From Eledone cirrhosa (taxonomy: Eukaryota), in NCBI GenBank assembly GCA_964016885.1, contig CAXHJY010001670.1:1-64000 (forward strand): a DNA stretch of 64,000 bases, given 5' to 3'. Position numbers and translations under genes: made by a program. Of the stretch, positions 59,376 to 64,000 are shown one piece after another. The notes under the pieces are model-generated. The model saw nothing but the letters and a program-made list of their open reading frames with translations, did no database searches and had not been told where the DNA came from. Positions within the stretch are counted from its first letter, which is position 1; each line of letters opens with the position of its first letter.

Positions 59376-60273
59376 GGGGAAGAGCGACGACGTTCCCCGG
59401 GAGACCCTGGAGGTCGAAGACGATCAGCTGTTCGCTCTCTTCAAGAGAACTTTCAGTCCGGGGCCTATGGACAACTTTCAGAAATCCCTGGCCTGGCAGT
59501 GCTACGGGGAGCGTTGCCGGTTCGAGATAAGCTCTACAGGCACGGAAGTGCTGTCAGCCGAACCTGACCGTGATGCGCGCAGGGCGACGAAACCGTTGTG
59601 CACGCACTCGTTCAGTGTCTGAGCATTGCTGACTTGTGGAGCTATGTCGAACAGTTGCTGTCACGTGTAGGGCGGATCCGGTTATCGATTGAGTCCATTG
59701 TGCAGATAGCCCCACCGTCCTCCTTTAAGGAGGAGGAAGGGCAGGCAGTTTTCATCTGCCTGGTTGTCATGGCGAAAGAGATTGTATGGTGGATAAGGTT
59801 GAAAGGATTGAAGACGGACACTTTCCTCTTCGGCGAATCCCTGATTGACTTTTTCAAGTTTCACTTGAAGAGGAAAATCAGGGTGGAAAGGTAGTTGCTG
59901 TCTTCTAGTAAGTTTGTTGACAGGTGGGTGAAAGTGACGAATCTGGTCCGAAGGAGCAGGCTCGTTCAGAGTATGCGCCTGTAGAGTGAGGAGTGGGAGA
60001 ACTGAGAGAGGGCGCTTGCCCTGGTGGTCAGGGTGGCCGTGGTGATTTGCGTGGTTTTCACCACAAGTGATCCTTGGAGGTTTCCCCCTTTTTTTTTGGT
60101 GGGGGGGGGGGGGGGGGGAATTTTTGTTGTTTGAATTTTTTTAATTTGTTTTTACACATTTCTATCTTCTTGTTATAACTTTTTCACACGGCCAAAACCC
60201 ACTTTGTATCGTCCTGTACCGTTCTGTGCCGTCTGTAATGTTTTTCTTCATGTTAGCCCTTGTGGCCAATAAA

Positions 60274-60316
<43 letters not shown>
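59376..60316 (+). mobile_element. Tx1/L1-like LINE 3' fragment with zinc-knuckle remnant and (TAA)n tail
   Basis: SLAWQCY/GALPVRDKLYRHG..CAQGDETVVHALVQC across frameshifts. Confidence 0.75.
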
Positions 60317-60318
<2 letters not shown>

Positions 60319-60787
60319 TTTTACAGCATAGAGTTATGGCCCACTGCGCTCTGTGTTCAAATCCCGCCAAGGTTAACTTCATCCTTTACGGGCTGGTCTA
60401 TAAGATAAAGCTCCAGTAACACACTGGGGTCGATTTAATCGACTTTCCTCCTCTCCCCAAAATTGCTGGCCTTGTGCCAAAAGTAGAAACAACTATTATT
60501 CCTAGAAACCGTGTATGTTTACTGTGTCTTTAATCGGAAATAAGATACACGTTCTTTAAACTTAAATCCCTTTATTGATGTTACACGAGTCAGAAATGGA
60601 CAAATAATTATCGGATTAAAGAATGAGAAACTTTAAACCGATCGATGGAATTATCCCGGTTCAGCTTTAAGAAAGAAACCAGCATTAAAAACATAATTTA
60701 GCAAAACAGCACTGAAAGAAACATCGTGTTTGTTGTTGTTATTGTTGTTGTTATTATTATTGAAAAAAGTCGTCGTCGTCGTCAGGT

Positions 60788-61083
60788 TCTTCTTCTTCTT
60801 CTTCTTCTTCTTCTTCTTCTTCTTCTTCTTCTTCTTCTTCTTCTTCTTCTTCTTTTTCCATTTTTTCATTTTTTATTTTTCTTCTTCTTTTCTTCTTCTT
60901 CTTCTTCTTCTTCTTCTTCTTCTTCTTCTTCTTCTTCTTCTTCTTCTTTTTTCATTTTTTTCATTTTTTATTTTTCTTCTTCTTCTTCTTCTTCTTCTTC
61001 TTCTTCTTCTTCTTCTTCTTCTTCTTCTTCTTCTTTTTTCTTCTTCTTCTTCTTCTTCTTCTTCTTCTTCTTCTTCTTCTTCT
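60788..61083. repeat. (CTT)n microsatellite
   Basis: Long TTC runs. Confidence 0.95.
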
Positions 61084-61432
61084 CCCTCCTCCCCTTCCCC
61101 TTCGTCGATTCCTCTCTCTATTTATAGATTCACTTCATAGTTTTACTTCATAGCTGGGATCAAAAGATACAGCTTAAATACACTTGTGGACACAAAAAGG
61201 TGATGTTAGAGCGAGGGAGAAGAAGAAGAGAGTAGCAGCGACGTTTCTCCTGTAAGTGCGTTCGTCAGCATTATCTATACAATATATACAGAAATATCGA
61301 TTACTATTGCAAATATCGATGATTGTCAATGATTATACTATTTTTTTTTGTACATTTATATTTTAATTTTTTATATTTTATTTTTTATTTTTTACATTTT
61401 TGTTGTTTGTTTTGTATACACACACACACACA

Positions 61433-61561
<129 letters not shown>

Positions 61562-61821
61562 GTATATGTATACATACACACACACACTCACAATGATTAT
61601 ACTATTGTATCAACACAGTGTGGGTTATGAATGAACAAATATTCATACTTATTTAGTGTCTCGTGTGAATGCTAGGTCGCATGATCTGCAGCTTGTAATT
61701 ATAGGCGGCGGAAGGGGGATGGGCGTTTTATCAAATTGTCGTAAAGGTGTGGAAAGGAAATCATGGAGATCTTGAAGTCGACAACTGATGAGATGAATGT
61801 TTCGAGGTGCAAACTATGTGT

Positions 61822-61864
<43 letters not shown>

Positions 61865-61930
61865 ATATATATAAAATATATATACATATATATGATATAG
61901 ATATATGCATAGATATATAATGTATATGTT

Positions 61931-62003
<73 letters not shown>

Positions 62004-62146
62004 ATATATATAAAATATATATACATATATATGATATATATATATACATAGATATATAATGTATATGTGTGTGTGTGTATATATATAAAATATATATACA
62101 TATATATGATATAGATATATACATAGATATATAATGTATATGTTTG

Positions 62147-62198
<52 letters not shown>

Positions 62199-62267
62199 CA
62201 AGTATGACCCCGACGGCAGAGCTCAAGCCGTTTCGACGGCTAATGGTTCCTTACCACATTTCCTTCG

Positions 62268-62318
<51 letters not shown>

Positions 62319-62337
62319 GATATATAATATATATGTT

Positions 62338-62369
<32 letters not shown>

Positions 62370-62504
62370 AATAATTTCGTTTAATACACAAAATATCGAT
62401 CATATTATCTAGCAATCGTTCGATGACAAATCAGTTGTGAAAAACCAGAACTGGGCAAGGTCTAGACAGCGGTAAATATTACCTAGACAAAACGTTTTCA
62501 AGAC

Positions 62505-62556
<52 letters not shown>

Positions 62557-62590
62557 TATATATATATGTATACACACACACCCTCATGTG

Positions 62591-62632
<42 letters not shown>

Positions 62633-62635
62633 TAT

Positions 62636-62952
62636 CCCGGGTTCAATCGGGAGTAACAATAGTAAGTAAGGTACTCAATGCATAGTAGAGTATAAATATT
62701 TAATAGGGAAATGGCTTCTACAGGACTAGAACTGTTTCATTCGAAGGAAATCATCGAAATATATATATATATATATATATATAACGAAGGAAATGTGGTA
62801 AGGAACCAGGTGGACCATAACGCACCAAAGTACTCAATACTTGGGGTAGTAGAGTGGGTAATAGGAACCAGTAAGACCCCGACGGCTGAGCTCAAGCCGT
62901 TTCGACGGCTAATTCTGGACTAATTCGAGTCCAGAATTAGCCGTCGAAACGG
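62636..62952 (-). mobile_element. Truncated family-B element followed by a family-A fold-back element
   Basis: 62636-62755 is family B cut inside the hammerhead core; 62783-62952 is family A; deleted family-A copies also at 12484-12537, 55241-55316 and 62196-62269. Confidence 0.8.
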
Positions 62953-63643
62953 AAGTTTCTCTGAGAAACTTTTCTACTTAGGAATGGAGTTACTTAGTGA
63001 ATTCTTCTTCCGTTTTCAAACTTATCTTGACTATCAGCAATTTTTTTTTTTCCCTTATCTAATATTTAAGTAAGTTATTTCAAATTTATTATTGTCTTGT
63101 TCTTTTCTTTCAAGTGTTTTTTGTTTGTTTTTGAGAATAAAATAGAATATAAAAAAAAATATATATATATATATCAGAATAATCACTAATAAATAAATAA
63201 AAAGAATAATAATCCGGACATTCCGTAGAACTGCGAAATGTTGTCAAGTGGCATCTGGACAAATAATGTATTCTCTGAGATTGCATCTGAGAATGTAAAT
63301 AATTGTGTTGGACAACACAACAGTGAAAGCAAGCATGGAAGTCGTTTAAAGACGACGACGACGACGACGACAAGGATTTTATTAACAAGAGGATATGTTA
63401 TTTGATATGAAAATTGGACATAATTTGTCTTAGCTTCTTCTCTCCACTGTCGTGAAGTATGTTAGCTTTTCTTTCGATGGTGACGGTGAAGAGGAGGAGG
63501 AGGTGGAACGGGGGGGAGGGGGATAAAGGGGTGGATGGTAGTAATGATTTTGGGAGACAACGTGTCAAGTTATTGAGTGTATTCTTCTCTTAGTTCGTTT
63601 TTGTTCACTTATTATGGACGCAACGTGACGGAATGGTTTAGAC

Positions 63644-64000
63644 CAGGCATGGGCAACCTTTTTCGAGAAGCGGGTCGTATGAAATATGGGTGGGGGGAGG
63701 TTGGGGGAGGGGAAAGTCGATTGAATAGACCCCAGTGCATTCCTGGTACTTTATTTTATCGACCTCGTAAGGATGAAAGGCAAAGCTAGCCTCGGCGGGA
63801 TTAGAAGTCAGAATGTAAAGGGCCATAACTCTATGCTGCAAAGCATGGTGTCTGACGCACTACCAATTCTGACAATCGGATTTCTAATTGAGGTACAAGG
63901 CCAGCACTTTAGGAAAAAAGGAAATCTAATTATGTCTACCCCAGTATTAAACTGGTACTTTAATATTTTATCAATACCGGAAGGATGGAAGGCAAAGTTG
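63644..64000 (-). mobile_element. hAT-MITE end followed by SINE copies
   Basis: CAGGCATGGGCAAC at 63645; SINE core on minus strand at 63700-63905 and 63935-64000. Confidence 0.6.

Noticed and set aside
58920-61413. About 70-bp AT-rich segment duplicated at 58921-58989 and 61346-61413
   Set aside because: Low complexity, and most likely part of a dispersed repeat end; no structure seen.

Overview
AT-rich, microsatellite-saturated animal genomic DNA, most consistent with a coleoid cephalopod (Octopus-like, inferred from the repeat landscape). Almost all long ORFs in the track are artefacts of (TA)n, (CA)n, (TACA)n, (CT)n and (CCA)n repeats. The only convincing host gene segment is one large + strand exon (about 17194-19194) of an RGK-family (Rem/Rad/Gem-like) small GTPase. 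Its Q/H/P-rich N-terminal frame is interrupted by a single in-frame TAG. The rest is repeat-rich, probably intronic or intergenic DNA: tRNA-derived SINEs, RTE, Tx1 and RLE LINE fragments, a decayed Buster-type hAT transposon with TSD, and MITEs. The most striking hidden structure is a set of roughly ten sequence-unrelated families of short fold-back (palindromic) elements inserted in (TA)n. Most carry a type-I hammerhead ribozyme, including core variants (U3-A8, C4, and a mismatch at the base of stem II), and several share a downstream GAGYRCT motif. One 2.2-kb member still carries a Penelope-like GIY-YIG endonuclease ORF, which links the set to Penelope-like retroelements and suggests snap-back cDNA priming. 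All folds were read by eye; none was computed or tested.
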